A stretch of 64,000 nt of DNA, from NCBI GenBank assembly GCA_963709585.1, contig CAVPXI010000005.1, positions 136,183-200,182 on the forward strand, given 5' to 3'. Position numbers and translations under genes: made by a program. The notes under the pieces were generated by a model. It was not told the origin of the DNA, did no database searches, and worked only from the letters and a program-made list of their open reading frames with translations. Shown one piece after another: positions 41,517-53,611 of the stretch (positions are counted from its first letter, which is position 1; each line of letters starts with the position of its first letter). The DNA is from Candidatus Dormiibacterota bacterium (GTDB lineage Bacteria > Chloroflexota > Dormibacteria > Aeolococcales > Aeolococcaceae).

Positions 41517-42104
41517 ATGAGCGAGATCCCTCCCGTCGTGGCCGATTGCGACCGCGCGTTCACCGCCGTCCAGCGCCTGGTCGACGCCGTGCGCTCGGAT
41601 CAGTGGACGGCACCCACCCCGTGCACTGACTGGAACGTCCGTCAATTGCTCAACCACGTGGCCAACGGCAACGTGGTCTTCGCCGGCGTGGCGGACGGGA
41701 CACGCCCCTCAGGGCCGGTGACGCCGGAAGAGCGCGCCGTGGATCGCCTCGGCGATCATCCGGCGGCTGGTTTCCGCGCCACCGGTGAGCGGATGCACGA
41801 TGCCTTCCTCACCCCCGGTTTCATCGACGGCGCCGTCGAGACCCCGATGATGGGCGTGCAGCCAGGTTCGACCGTCGTGCACATGCGCATCAACGAACTG
41901 CTCATCCACGGATGGGACCTGGCTCGTGCGATCGGTCAACCGGACGGGCTTCCCGAGGATCTCGCCGAGGGCGCGCTGACGCTGTGGCAGACACGCCTGG
42001 CGGGCAGGCCTCGCGAAGGGATGCCGTTCGGAGTCCCTGAACCGGTCGCGGACGATGCGCCCGCGATCGATCGGCTCGCGGCCTTTCTGGGACGGAAGCC
42101 CTGA
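41517..42104 (+). CDS. TIGR03086 family (MDMPI-like) metal-binding protein
   Basis: PTPCTDWNVRQLLNH, ELLIHGWDLARA, RLAAFLGR. Confidence 0.9.
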   Translation: MSEIPPVVADCDRAFTAVQRLVDAVRSDQWTAPTPCTDWNVRQLLNHVANGNVVFAGVADGTRPSGPVTPEERAVDRLGDHPAAGFRATGERMHDAFLTPGFIDGAVETPMMGVQPGSTVVHMRINELLIHGWDLARAIGQPDGLPEDLAEGALTLWQTRLAGRPREGMPFGVPEPVADDAPAIDRLAAFLGRKP

Positions 42105-42646
42105 CCACCCCGGCACCGCACCGGCCAAGCAAGGATCAATACTTCCTGCTGATCGCCCTCGCAGCGCGCACGCGTGCCGACTGCCTCGGACGCAGGGTCG
42201 GCGCCGTCATCACCCGCGACGCACGAGTGCTGAGCACGGGATACAACGGAACTCCATTCGGTATGCCGAACTGCTCCGATGGGGGTTGCCACCGATGCTC
42301 ACGCCGCGACGACGACGGACTCCGCGGCGGTGCGTATGACATCTGCATCTGCGTGCACGCCGAGCAGAACGCACTGCTCACCGCGGCGCGATTCGGTCAG
42401 CAAACCCTCGGCGCGTCGATGACCACCACCACCCAACCCTGCTTCGGCTGCCTCAAGGAGATGTTGCAGGCGGGGATCAGCGAGGTGCGCTACCTCCATC
42501 CCTGGGATCCCATGGAGGCATACGACGACCGAGCGCTGGTGCAGCAGTACGCGGCGCTGCGCGCCCGATTCGACGCCTTCTCCCAGGTGGGCGATCCGGC
42601 GATGGACACTTCGGAACTCTTCGGAGCGTTTCTCGCGCAAAGCTGA
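42101..42646 (+). CDS. dCMP deaminase family protein (probable CTG start)
   Basis: RPSKDQYF...R..C..RRVGAV..STGYNG, HAEQNA, PCFGC. Confidence 0.88.
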   Translation: MTTPAPHRPSKDQYFLLIALAARTRADCLGRRVGAVITRDARVLSTGYNGTPFGMPNCSDGGCHRCSRRDDDGLRGGAYDICICVHAEQNALLTAARFGQQTLGASMTTTTQPCFGCLKEMLQAGISEVRYLHPWDPMEAYDDRALVQQYAALRARFDAFSQVGDPAMDTSELFGAFLAQS

Positions 42647-44311
42647 TCACGCGCCGGTCTGGTCGACGAGTTGCACCCGCTCGTGCTCGATCGCCATGGC
42701 AAGGTCGCGCACCCTCGACAGCGTGTCGATATCGGACGGGCCCTTGTCACGCCGCCATCGCGCAATCCGCGGAAAGCGCAAGGCGAACCCGGACTTGTGC
42801 CGCGACGACGACTGCACCGCGTCGAAGGCGATCTCGAGGACGATGCGCGGCTCGACGGTCCGGTAGTGCCCGTGGTCGGCGACGGTGATATCGAGCAGCA
42901 GCGCGGTCATCTCCGCGATCTCGGCGTCGGTGAGCCCGGTGTACGCCTTGCCGATGGTGGCCAGCTGGTCGCTGTCGTCGACTCGCACCGCGAAGGTCAC
43001 ATCGCTGAGGACGCCGCGCCGTTTGCCGTGACCCCACTCCGCGCCCACGACCACGACGTCGAGGGTGTCGAGCGCGCGTTTGAGCTTGAGCCAGTTCAGC
43101 CCGCGGCGCCCGGGTGTGTATGGCGACTCGGGTTGCTTGAGGAGCAGTCCCTCGTTCAACCGCGCTCGGGCGTCGTCGAACCGTCGATCGATCTCGGTCT
43201 CTCCGTGGACCCGCTCGAGGTGGGCGAGCGCGAGCGGGTGGGGCACCGCCAGCGCCTCGAGGCGCGCGCGCCGCTCGCGAAGCGGCAGGTCGATCAACAC
43301 CTCGTCATTCACCATCAGCACGTCCCAGGCCACGTAGATGACCGGCACCGCTTCCATCACCGCCGCGCCGGGCGAGACCCGGCCGAGCCGGGTCTGGAGC
43401 GCGTGAAACGGCATCACCCGGCCGTCGTGAAACGCGAGGATCTCACCGTCGAGCATCACGTCGGCGTGCAGGCGCACGACTGCATCGGTGATCTCCGGGA
43501 ACTGGGCCGAGATGTTCTTCAGGTCGCGGCTGTACAGCGCGACATCTGCGCCGCGGCGGTGCAGCTGGCACCTGATTCCGTCATATTTGTCTTCAACCCA
43601 GACGTCCTCGCCGAGTCGCGCCACTGCCTCGGCCGCGTCGGCCACCGGTGTGGCGAGCATGGATCGGAGTGGCACGAACCAGTGCGGAGCCGCGTCGTCA
43701 AGACGTCCCGCGCGCGCGAGGCGTGCGGTCTCACCGAGGTCGCCGGTGAGCATCACCGCGCGGCTCACGGCCGCCAGCTGCGCTCCGAAGGCGACCGCGA
43801 TCGCCTCCTCGACCAGTCCTTCGCGCAAGCCGATGCGCAACTCACCTGTGATCAGCTTGGCGATGTAGCGCGCCTCATCCGGGCTGGCGCGCCCGAGAAG
43901 CGCGCCGAGCAGCGAAGTACGCTCGCGCGCCACCCGCACCCCGGCGATCTCGGCAAACGCCGCGTCGAGGTCGTGGATCGACATCGGGATCGTCTGGCGC
44001 CCCGGGAGGCGGGAGAGCAAGTCGCCGGTGACATCGCCCGGGTCCGAGTGCCGCCGCCATGCCGCGCTGATCGCTGCGTCGTCGGCGCCGCTGACCTCGC
44101 GGAGGACCGTCGAGAACGCGGCACCGCCCACCTGCAGGGTGCGCTGATCGCCCGCGGGAAAGACGCTGCCACCGAAGTACCGCGCCGCCTGGGCCAGCTC
44201 ATCCTCTGCAGTCTCGGCGAGCAACTTCGCAAGCAGTCGCACCTTCTCCGACTTCGAGGAAGTCTGCGCGATCGCGTCGCCGGCTTTTGCCAGCTCGGAC
44301 AGCGTGGTCAC
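42647..44311 (-). CDS. ATP-dependent DNA ligase (LigB-like)
   Basis: EDKYDGIR, EGLLLK, Y.PGRR, WLKLK, ALRFPRI. Confidence 0.93.
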   Translation of the reverse strand: MTTLSELAKAGDAIAQTSSKSEKVRLLAKLLAETAEDELAQAARYFGGSVFPAGDQRTLQVGGAAFSTVLREVSGADDAAISAAWRRHSDPGDVTGDLLSRLPGRQTIPMSIHDLDAAFAEIAGVRVARERTSLLGALLGRASPDEARYIAKLITGELRIGLREGLVEEAIAVAFGAQLAAVSRAVMLTGDLGETARLARAGRLDDAAPHWFVPLRSMLATPVADAAEAVARLGEDVWVEDKYDGIRCQLHRRGADVALYSRDLKNISAQFPEITDAVVRLHADVMLDGEILAFHDGRVMPFHALQTRLGRVSPGAAVMEAVPVIYVAWDVLMVNDEVLIDLPLRERRARLEALAVPHPLALAHLERVHGETEIDRRFDDARARLNEGLLLKQPESPYTPGRRGLNWLKLKRALDTLDVVVVGAEWGHGKRRGVLSDVTFAVRVDDSDQLATIGKAYTGLTDAEIAEMTALLLDITVADHGHYRTVEPRIVLEIAFDAVQSSSRHKSGFALRFPRIARWRRDKGPSDIDTLSRVRDLAMAIEHERVQLVDQTGA

Positions 44312-44369
44312 CCGGGGATCATCGCCTCCGGCAGCGGGCGACCGTCGGCGCAGTCGCTCTCGAGGCTGG

Positions 44370-46200
44370 CTACCGGGCGGGCTTGAACACCGGCGGCGGG
44401 TGCGCGGCGCAACCGTCGCAGGCGGGCGACCACCAGAGGCTGCCGCCACTTCCCTGCCAGAACGCTGCGACGGCATTGCCATACCAGCTCACCGCCGAGA
44501 GCTGCGAGCTCGCCGCAACCTGGTTGAGCTGTTCGGGGCCGAACCAGCCGTTGATCGGGTCGTAGATGGCGGCGGCGAGGGTGCCGTTGGCGCGCTGCAT
44601 GACCACGGTCACCGCACTCGCGGCCGTTCCGGCAGCTGCGGGCCGTCCCATGCTCACCGCCGAGTCGACCTCCACCTGAGCCGGGCCGCCGTTGGGCGTG
44701 ACCGTCGCCGCCCACACCGATCCGGTCTCTGTCCGCCAGATTGCATCGACGGATCCCGGCCCCGCGGTCACCACGGTGGGATCGCTCGCGAGCCCTCCGG
44801 TTCCGATCGCGTGGGCGCCGAGCCAGCCGAAGGACGCGCCGAGGTCGCTCCAGAGGTTGCCCGCGGCGTCGCGCCACACGACGCCGACGGTGCCGTTGGA
44901 GGTGGCCACCGCGTCAGGATTGCCCAGGACGGCGCCGGAGTTGAGTGGCGTGGCGGCCGACCAGAAGCCATCAAATGTGTTGACCCAGAGCTGCCCGTCG
45001 AGCGCCTTCCAGATGACCTCCATCTCGCCGGTTGCTTGACTGACGGCCGTCGGAGCCGAACCGATCGCGAGCGCGCCCACCTGGAGCTCCTGCGGAGGGC
45101 TCCATGTCTCCGAGCCGAAGAACCCACTCTGGGACTGCACCTGCCAGAGGTTGCCCAAGGCGTCCTCCCAGAAGGCATCGACCTGACCCGCGACCGGCGA
45201 CACCACCGCAGGGTCCGACGCGACACCGGCCGGGCTGGTCGCCGCTACCGACTGCGACTGCCAGGTCTCGTTGCGATACGCGAGGTCGTGGAGCTTCGCG
45301 TCGCTGCCGCGCCAGATCACGTCGATATTCCCGGGCTGATCCGAGACGCTCTGCGGGGTGCCGGCAACGCTGGTCGCGGTCAGTTCGACCGGAGCCTGCT
45401 CGGTCTCGCGGAGCCAGCCGATGATCGGCGTGTACCCGTTGGCGGTCACCCGCGACCCGCCCAGCGGGAAGCGATCGGTGCCCGACGAGGTCGCGTTCTG
45501 CTCGACCACGTCGACGTACCCCGGACCAACATCGCGAACGATGGCAACGTGTCCCGAACCGTCCCAGTAACTGCCGAGCCAGCCGGGGGCGAAGATCATC
45601 AGATCGCCCTGCACCGGCGGAGTGCCGCCGCCGTTCGCGTATTGCGTGAGCGGGATCGGCAGCGCGGGGCCTGCCTGCCACATGGTGCTCGCCCCGCCGA
45701 CGGCGCCGTAGGGGTACCAGTTCGCCGGCTCTCCCCACGCGTAATAGGCGTAGCGATCGGCGAGCTCCTCGCACTGGAACTCAGGGCCGAAGCGGCAACC
45801 GTTCGGTGGCCCGCAGCCCACATTGCCGAAGCCGGACCCATTGCCGTATGCCGTCAGGTTCTGGCAGGCGGTCACCCAGGTCGCCCAGGCGCAGCCGCTG
45901 ATCAAGGGCTGGCCGTAGTTGCCGGTTCCGGCGACCTCGGCCGCGAGCATGCCGCGCGTGACCGTCGGCGCCGCCGGCGGCGCGCTGTTGATCGGCGCCG
46001 CGCTCGGCGTCTTCTTGATGGTTGTCGCCGCCGCGGCGGCGGTCAGGGCGACAACGGCGCCCACGCTCGTCGCAGCCGCAACGGGCGTGGCCGTGCCCGC
46101 CAGGCTCGGTGCTGCAGCCCCGGCGTTCAAGAGTGGGGCAAGAACTCGCGGACCCCGCCAGCAGAACGGCAAGCGTCAGTCGATGAAAGGACGTATGCAT
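44370..46200 (-). CDS. Secreted CHAP-domain protein with C-terminal beta-propeller repeats (apparent frameshift at about 46144)
   Basis: Signal peptide, FQCEELADRY and GHVAIV...VEQN, repeated D.FW.G...LW. Confidence 0.8.
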
Positions 46201-46299
46201 GCCGACTCAGACTGCCAGACGTCATCTGACGTTGCCGTCACGGCGTCGCAACGATCGAGTTCGCCCACCCATGACGGGCGGCGACCATCGGTCAGCCCT

Positions 46300-49200
46300 T
46301 TACTGGAACCAACCTTCGATGTCGACGACCGCGTTGACGCTGCCCGCGGCGTTGTACAGGTTGACGTCACCCCGATCAGCGCCTGACACCGGATCGAGTT
46401 GCACGACCGTCAGGTTGGGGAGCACCTCGCCAGCGCTCACATTGATGTCCGATGCCAGGGGCAGGCCGATATTCGACGGGTACATCGTGAGAAAGGTCGC
46501 CGCGGTCGGAGCGATCGCGGTCAGATTCGCAATCACCGCCACCGCCGTCGTTCCCGACGGAATCCCGCCCTGCCCGGCCGCGACGATCAGGCGGACACCT
46601 TTCGCGCTCAGTGCCGGGCCGGCACACCCCGGCCCTCCCGACCGTGTGTCGCAGATCCGGGTCGGCTGGATCCCCTGATACTGCGAGCCGGCCGCCGCCG
46701 AGACGCTTCCGAACCATCCGCCGGCGTCGATGATCACGTTGATGGTCCCAGCAGCGTTGTACACGCAGAGCGAGTTGGCATGCCCCCCAGGCGTGGACGG
46801 GCCGAGCGCCACCATGACACGGTTCGCCGCGACCAACCCGGCGGAGAGGTTGATCGTCGAGAACTTCGGTGCTGTGCTCCCGATGTACGGGCACTGCCCG
46901 TTCGAGTTGGTCGGCGAGAGGCTCAAGTAGGTCGGCGCGGTACCCGCGACACCGGTGAGGTTGACCACCGCGGCGGCTGCCGTGCCGTCTCCGGGGATCG
47001 CGTCCGCACCGGTACCGGTCACGTTGACGAGCAGCGCGCCACCCGCCCCGATCGCCCCGTGCTGCTTGCACAGTGGCGTCAGCGAGCCGCTTCGGGTGTC
47101 ACATACCCGCACCGGTGCGATCGGGTGGAACTCGCCCGCGACGACGCTCGACGACTTCGGCTCGAAGTACCCCTCCACGTCCGCGAGCACGTTGACCGTC
47201 CCCAGCGCGTTGTAAATGTTCACCGCTCCGCCCTGGCCGAGGGTCACGGTGACCAGGTTAGCGATCACCTTCCCGGGCGCGAAGTTCAGGTTGGAGGCCC
47301 GTGGCATCCCGGTACCGAAGGGGTAGACGGTCAGCAGACTGCCCGCGGTGCCCGCAACCTCGGTGACGTTGAGGACCACCGCGGTGGCATCGGTCGGGAT
47401 CGGATCGGCACCGATCGAGAGCCCGGTGACGCCGGTCAACTGCACCTTCCTGGTCGCGCCCGGCCCGAACGTCGGGTCGGCCGAGCATTGGACGCAGTTC
47501 GATGGGCGCGTGTCGAGGATTCGGAACGGGTTGAGCGGAAAGTAGTTCGCCAGGCCCACGTAGATGTAGCCCGAGCCGATGCCGGTCGCGCTGGTGCCGA
47601 GCGAGTCGTGGACCTGCGCCTGGACGAGGCCGGACGGACCCGGTGGTGTCGTGAACGTGAAGGAGTCGGGGGCGAGCGTGCCGGTAGTTGGCGCGACCGT
47701 GGCGCCGTTGAAGATGAGGATGCTGTCCGATGCGAAGTCGGAGCCGGTGACGGTCACAAGCTCTCCGCCGGATGCGGGTCCCGCGGCGGGCGACAGCGAC
47801 GAGATCGCCGGCCCGGCAAACGTGTACCTACCGATGAACGTGTCCCAGCACGTGTTCGCATTCGCGCAACCCGCCGTGCCGGTGTCGCCCTCCGACTCGG
47901 CCGACAGCACCCACACGTCGGATGGATGTGTGGAGTCCTGGACCGCCGCCGAATAGTCACCCCAGGTACAGTTCGAGCATCCGCCGGGTTGGTAGAAGGT
48001 CGCGCCCGGGCGGAGATTGATCAAGCTGCTCCACGTTCCGCCGGTGATCCCCGCGACCATCATCGATGCAAACATCGCGCTCGATGACTCGTTGAACGTG
48101 AGGATCGCGTCGCCGGAGACGTCGAGCGCGATGGCCGGGTCAAACAGGTACGCACCGGTGACGCTCTCAGCGGGAAACTGTACCGGCGCCCCCACCGCCC
48201 CGGCGGACGTTGCCGGTATCGACACGACGTTCAGGCACGAGCGCATGCTGTCTCCACTCGGTGTGCACACGGTATTGCCCGCGACCCACAGGTCGTTGCC
48301 TTGCCAGACAGCGCTCAGGAAACGATCGTCTCCTGTGGTCAGCGTCGCGGTCGTACCTTTCTGTACAGCAGGCGGCGGCGCGGACGTTGCCGAAACGCTC
48401 TTCGGGGTGCAGATCTGCGCGACGTTCCGGCCTTCCGGCGTTCCGGTGATCGCAAAGACCGCGATGCTTCCGGATGCTGCCGCGGTGCACGACGCGTTGT
48501 TGGCAACCTCGTACGCGACTGACTGGGCGCTCAACGCCATCGCCGGCTGCAAGCCGATCGGCCCATCCGCCAGGAAGCTGTAGCTGTTGACGCCGAGCGC
48601 TCCGGTGACCAGATCCGAACGTTGAATGATCGTGGTCTGACTCGCGACCGCGATACCGGTGGTGCAACTCTCGTAGTCACTCGAACTCGACCACCAGGTT
48701 TGCGCTGAGTCCCAGCGAGACGTTGGAAAGCTCCAGTCCACCCCCGAGCTCGGGATCGATGTTGATCGTGCCACGGCTCGTCCATGGGAACGCCGGGTTT
48801 GCCTGCGACACCATGACGGCCACCTGGCTGCCGCACCCTGAGAGCACCGGGTTGAACTGGAGCACGGTAAGGATGAACAGTCCCGACGTGGGGTCGAACA
48901 CCACGCGCGGGTAGCGAACGTTCCACCCGGACGTGTTCTTGATCATCGCGCTGATGTTCATGCGAACCGGACCGGCGCCCGTGCGTGTGGTGATCTGGAG
49001 GGCGCTGTTGACTGCCTCGACAACATCGTTGGGACCGACGGCGATGCTCGGGTCGGCCGGCGTGGTTACCGCCGCATTTCCGGATCCTGCGGCTCCGATC
49101 GCCTGCTGCTCGCTGAATCCGGCCTGACTTTGCAGCGCAGAGGGCGCGGTGCCTGGAGTGACCGTGGCGGCGCTCAGCGTGGCCAGATGGCTGTGACCCT

Positions 49201-49375
49201 GCGACAAGTTTTGCGACGTCTGTGATGTTGCTGTGCGCGCACCGTGCGACGCCGAAGCATCTGCAAACACGGGTGTCGCTAACCACGCAACTGAGAGCGC
49301 GACGAGCAGCATGGACGACGAGATGAACGTGCGGCGCACCACGTCGATTCTAGGAGTGAATTCCCGCAGTGACAC
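46300..49375 (-). CDS. Large secreted protein with IPT/TIG domain and C-terminal P.RI.DTR repeats (apparent frameshift at about 48685)
   Basis: Signal peptide, DPSIAVGP, WGDYS, ISSLSPAAGPASGG, three RxxDTR modules ending DxEG(Y/W)F. Confidence 0.78.
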
Positions 49376-49513
49376 GCCGCTGTGACAGTAATCACCGAGT
49401 CGTCACATCTGCTTGGCGGTCGCCTGACCACTGTCCGGGCGTCCGGCACCGGCGATGGCGATAAAATCGGCTCACCGGACAGCCGGCAGATCGCCCAGTT
49501 CAGGAGATCCTCG

Positions 49514-49600
49514 ATGACCGACCTACGCAGATGGAAGCCCGTTTCACTCGCCGATGACGACGACGAAGAAGAGGGTGACGACGGGGACGACGACGAGTAG
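49514..49600 (+). CDS. Putative 28-aa acidic peptide
   Basis: AGGAG SD; MTDLRRWKPVSLADDDDEEEGDDGDDDE. Confidence 0.35.
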   Translation: MTDLRRWKPVSLADDDDEEEGDDGDDDE

Positions 49601-50949
49601 CTCCCTCGGCGCGGCGGAGCGATTCCGGCAGGTCAACCTCATCGCTGATCCGCTCTATGGCTACATAGAGATCACCAAGGACCGGGCGGGCGAGGCGAGC
49701 GAGCGCCAGCTCCTCGACACGGTCTGGCTGCAGCGTCTCCGCCGCGTCCACCAGTTGCAGTCGGCGTGGTGGGTCTTTCCCAGCGCCGAGCATTCGCGAT
49801 TCACCCACCTGCTGGGGGCGATGCACCTCGCGAGCCTCTTCGCTCGGCGTGTCGACGCCTCGCTGCGGGATGCCTTCCCCGACGCACCGTCGCCGGCACT
49901 GGTCGAGGAGACACTCCGAATCGCAGGAACTCCTGCACGATGTCGGACATGGTCCGTTCGGGCATTTCTTCGACCACGAGGTGCTCGAGCAGTGGCACCT
50001 CGATCACGAGGTCGTCGGCCGCCACCTGGTGACCCACCAGCTCGCCGACATCATTGGATCGTTGCGCGCGAGCCCGAGCGATCGGTTCGCTGCCGGCGAG
50101 CACATCGACCCGATGTGGGTTGCGTGGGTGATGGCCGACGCGGACATCGAGGGCTACTCGCCACCGGGATGGCTGCATGCGCTGAAGCCGATCCTCTGCG
50201 GACCAGCGACCGTCGACAACCTCGACTACGTCCCGCGCGATGCGTACATGTGCGGCATCAGCCTCGGTGCCGTGGAGGTGCAACGGCTCATCCACTACAC
50301 GTTCGTCAGCGGGGACAGCATCGTTCTCCACGCGCACGCGGCAGGCGCGCTCGAGATGTTCCTCGCGTCGCGTCTCTACATGTACCTGCAGGTCTATCAC
50401 CACCGAACCGGCCGGCGGTTCGACCTGTCGATGCGCGAGATCTTCGCCGATACCATCGCGCAACTCCTGCATGGCAACCCGCTCGAGCACCTCGACGAGT
50501 ACGAGTTGCTCAATGACTGGTCGGTGCTGGTGGCCGTGCAGCGCTGGCTGCGCGAACCGCCTGGCAGCGAACGGCGCCGCCTTGCGGACGCATGGGCGCG
50601 TATCGCCGCGCGCGACCTTCCATGGCATCTCGCCTATGAGAGTGTCGTCCACATGGGGATCGACACCTCGACGCTGCAGGAACGGCTCAACACCCAACTG
50701 GCGTCCAAATCACTCGGTGCGCGCGTCGAGGTCGACGTCGCGATCGCGCGCATCGCTCCGCAGAACCCGATGACCGACGACGGCATGGTCAGGATCTACG
50801 ATCCGCTGAACGACACCATCGAAGCGGCTCGAGCCGCCGAGCTGGTTGCGCGATTGCCACAGCACAACCAGGTGATCCGCGTCTTCATCGACGACGTCTC
50901 GGCGCTCCGCACCGTGCGTGACGCGGTCGAAGCCGTCATCGCCGGCTGA
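49575..50949 (+). CDS. HD-domain phosphohydrolase, dNTPase/SAMHD1-like (apparent frameshift at about 49929; start uncertain)
   Basis: DPLYGYI, LQRLRR..QL, HSRF.H, restored AGLLHDVGHGPF, D..DY..RD, VYHH. Confidence 0.85.
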
Positions 50950-50958
50950 TAACCGTCC

Positions 50959-52068
50959 CTAGGGGGCGACGGGCAGACGCGGGCCGGACGGCATCACCGG
51001 GCCGGCGGCGGCGCTGAAGTTCTCCTGGCTCACCTGGGCCGCGATGTGCGAAGCGACATCGCGGAAGACCTCGCCGATCGGGCTCGAGGGTGCGGCAGCC
51101 ATGATCGGACGGCCGTCGCCGTCCGCGCCACGGATGCGCGGATCGAGCGGGATGGCTCCGAGAAAGGGCAGCTCGTAGCGGGCGGCGAGGTCGCGCCCAC
51201 CGCCGGATCCGAAGATGTCGGTGCGCTCGTTGCAGTGGGGGCAGATGAAGCCGCTCATGTTCTCGACCACGCCGAGCACCGGGACATTGAGCTTGCGGAA
51301 CATCTCGATGCCACGGCTCACGTCAGCGAGTGACACGTCCTGGGGCGTCGTGCAGATGACCGCGCCGGTCATGGGCATGCTCTGCGCGAGGCTCAACTGC
51401 ACATCACCCGTGCCCGGCGGCAGATCGATGACGAGATAGTCGAGCTCACCCCACGAGACTTCGTAGAGGAACTCGCGCAGCGCCTTGGCGAGCATCGGAC
51501 CGCGCCAGATCACCGGCTGACCGGGGTCGAGGATGGTGCCGAATGACACGACTTTGAGTCCATGCGCTTCCAGCGGCTGCATCTTTCCGTCTGGACCGGC
51601 GTGTGGACGATCACGAATCCCGAGCATGATCGGCACATTCGGTCCGTACACGTCCGCATCGAGCAACCCGACCCGCGCCCCAGCGAGTCGCAGCGCGATC
51701 GCGACATTCACCGCCACCGTGGTCTTGCCTACACCGCCCTTGCCCGCGCTGATGGCGAGCGCGTTGCGCACCCCGGCGATCTCCTGTCGCCCCGGCAGTC
51801 CCCGGGTGGTGCTCACGTCGGCGTCCCAGCGGATCTCGACGCGTGTGATCCCCGGAACCACGCCCAGCACCGCGGCGTCGATGTCCTCTCGGATTCGATC
51901 CTTCAGCGGGCAGGCGGGCGTCGTGAGCACGACACGAATCGATGCGACGCCGCCGTCGACGGCGAGATCACGCAACATGCCGAGCTGCAGCATCGGCTTG
52001 TGCAGCTCTGGATCGATGACGGTGGCAAGCGCGCGCTCGAGTGCGTCGAGCGCACCAGGATCACTCAT
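50959..52068 (-). CDS. mrp: Mrp/NBP35 (ApbC) Fe-S carrier ATPase
   Basis: DPEL, GKGGVGKT, DLPPGTGD, VENMS..CPHC. Confidence 0.94.
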   Translation of the reverse strand: MSDPGALDALERALATVIDPELHKPMLQLGMLRDLAVDGGVASIRVVLTTPACPLKDRIREDIDAAVLGVVPGITRVEIRWDADVSTTRGLPGRQEIAGVRNALAISAGKGGVGKTTVAVNVAIALRLAGARVGLLDADVYGPNVPIMLGIRDRPHAGPDGKMQPLEAHGLKVVSFGTILDPGQPVIWRGPMLAKALREFLYEVSWGELDYLVIDLPPGTGDVQLSLAQSMPMTGAVICTTPQDVSLADVSRGIEMFRKLNVPVLGVVENMSGFICPHCNERTDIFGSGGGRDLAARYELPFLGAIPLDPRIRGADGDGRPIMAAAPSSPIGEVFRDVASHIAAQVSQENFSAAAGPVMPSGPRLPVAP

Positions 52069-52186
52069 CTCGCGTCGAGTATACCCAGGGGTCCCCAAGC
52101 TCACGCTCAGGAGGCCCGAGCGCTCCAGCAGCGTGAAATGCAATGACGTGCGCCGGAATTGATGCGCTCTCTACAATGCGGCGGGC

Positions 52187-53611
52187 ATGCTCGATCGCCG
52201 CGTGATCCGCGATCTCGAGGGTCAAGTCGCTCCCTCACACGTCTACACACGTCCCGCGGATCTCGCCGCGTACGCCTATGACGCCTGGGGTGCCTCGGGC
52301 GAGCGGCACCTTCCGGATGCCGTGGTGTTCCCGGCCTCCACCGAGGAGGCCGCCGGGATCGTCAGCGTCTGCGCCGTCCACCGTGTTCCGATCGTCCCCC
52401 GGGGAGCCGGTACCGGCTACGCGGCTGGCGCGTCGCCGTCGCGCGGCGGTGTCATCCTCAGCCTCGCGCGTCTCAATCGGATCCTCGGCGTCGAATCCGA
52501 GGCCCTGCGCCTTCGCGCCCAGGCGGGTGCCATCACCGCAGGGGTTCACGCGCGTGCCACGGCAGCCGGCCTGTACTACCCGCCGGATCCGGGCTCGTCG
52601 TCGACCTGCACCATCGGCGGCAACGTCGCCTGCAACGCCGCAGGTCCACACACCGTGCGCTACGGCGTCACCGCCGACTTCGTCGCCGGGGTTACCGCCG
52701 TCCTGTCCGACGGCCGGATCGTCCGGATCGGCGAGGGCGGTGACACATCGGCGTCCGGGCTGCTCTCCCTGATGGTCGGCTCCGAGGGCACGCTCGGCGT
52801 GATCACCGAGGTGCTCCTGAGGCTGATCCCCGCCCCGAAGACCCGATCGACGCTCGCTGCGACCTTCACCGGCATGGAGCGTGCTGCCGCGGCGGTTGCA
52901 GCGATCAGCGAGGCCGGCATTGTCCCAGCCGCGCTCGAGTTCCTCGATGCCGGCGCGCTCGACGCGGTGCGCAGGGCAGGCGGCGGCAACGTCGGCGCCG
53001 GTGCAGCCGCGCTGCTCATCGTCGAGCTGGAGGGTGACCCGGCGACGGTCGGCGCGGACACCGAGGCGGCGTGCACGGCGATCACGCGCGCCGGCGCCTC
53101 ACAGCTCCAGCGCGCGACCGAGCCGGGTCAGGCCCAGCGTCTGTGGGCTGCTCGCAAGGCGGTCAGCGCCGCGGTCGCCAAGGTGCAGATCGGCAAGGTG
53201 AACGAGGACGTGGTCGTCCCTCGCGATCGGGTCGCCGAGCTGGTGGCTCACACGCGGGAGCTGGGGAGCAAGCACGAGCTCCCGGTCGTGAACTTCGGCC
53301 ACCTGGGCGACGGCAATGTCCACGCCACGTTCCTCATCGACCCGCGCATCGAGGGGGAACGGGCGCGCGCCGACGCCGCGGCCGGTGAGCTCTTCGAAAC
53401 CGTGCTCACCATGGGCGGATCGCTTTCCGGCGAACATGGGGTGGGTGCCGCCAAGCTGGACTATGTCGAGCGGCAGCTCGGGCCGGGGACCGTCGACTTG
53501 ATGCGCCGGATCAAGGCGGCGCTCGATCCGCACGACGTGCTCAACCCCGGGAAGAAGATCCCAGGACGTCAGTCCTCTGCGTCGAGCACCGCCAGCAACG
53601 AGGCGGCATAG
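52187..53611 (+). CDS. glcD: FAD-linked oxidase, glycolate oxidase GlcD-like
   Basis: PRGAGTG, PDPGS, GSEGTLG, GHLGDGNVH, GEHGVG. Confidence 0.85.
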   Translation: MLDRRVIRDLEGQVAPSHVYTRPADLAAYAYDAWGASGERHLPDAVVFPASTEEAAGIVSVCAVHRVPIVPRGAGTGYAAGASPSRGGVILSLARLNRILGVESEALRLRAQAGAITAGVHARATAAGLYYPPDPGSSSTCTIGGNVACNAAGPHTVRYGVTADFVAGVTAVLSDGRIVRIGEGGDTSASGLLSLMVGSEGTLGVITEVLLRLIPAPKTRSTLAATFTGMERAAAAVAAISEAGIVPAALEFLDAGALDAVRRAGGGNVGAGAAALLIVELEGDPATVGADTEAACTAITRAGASQLQRATEPGQAQRLWAARKAVSAAVAKVQIGKVNEDVVVPRDRVAELVAHTRELGSKHELPVVNFGHLGDGNVHATFLIDPRIEGERARADAAAGELFETVLTMGGSLSGEHGVGAAKLDYVERQLGPGTVDLMRRIKAALDPHDVLNPGKKIPGRQSSASSTASNEAA

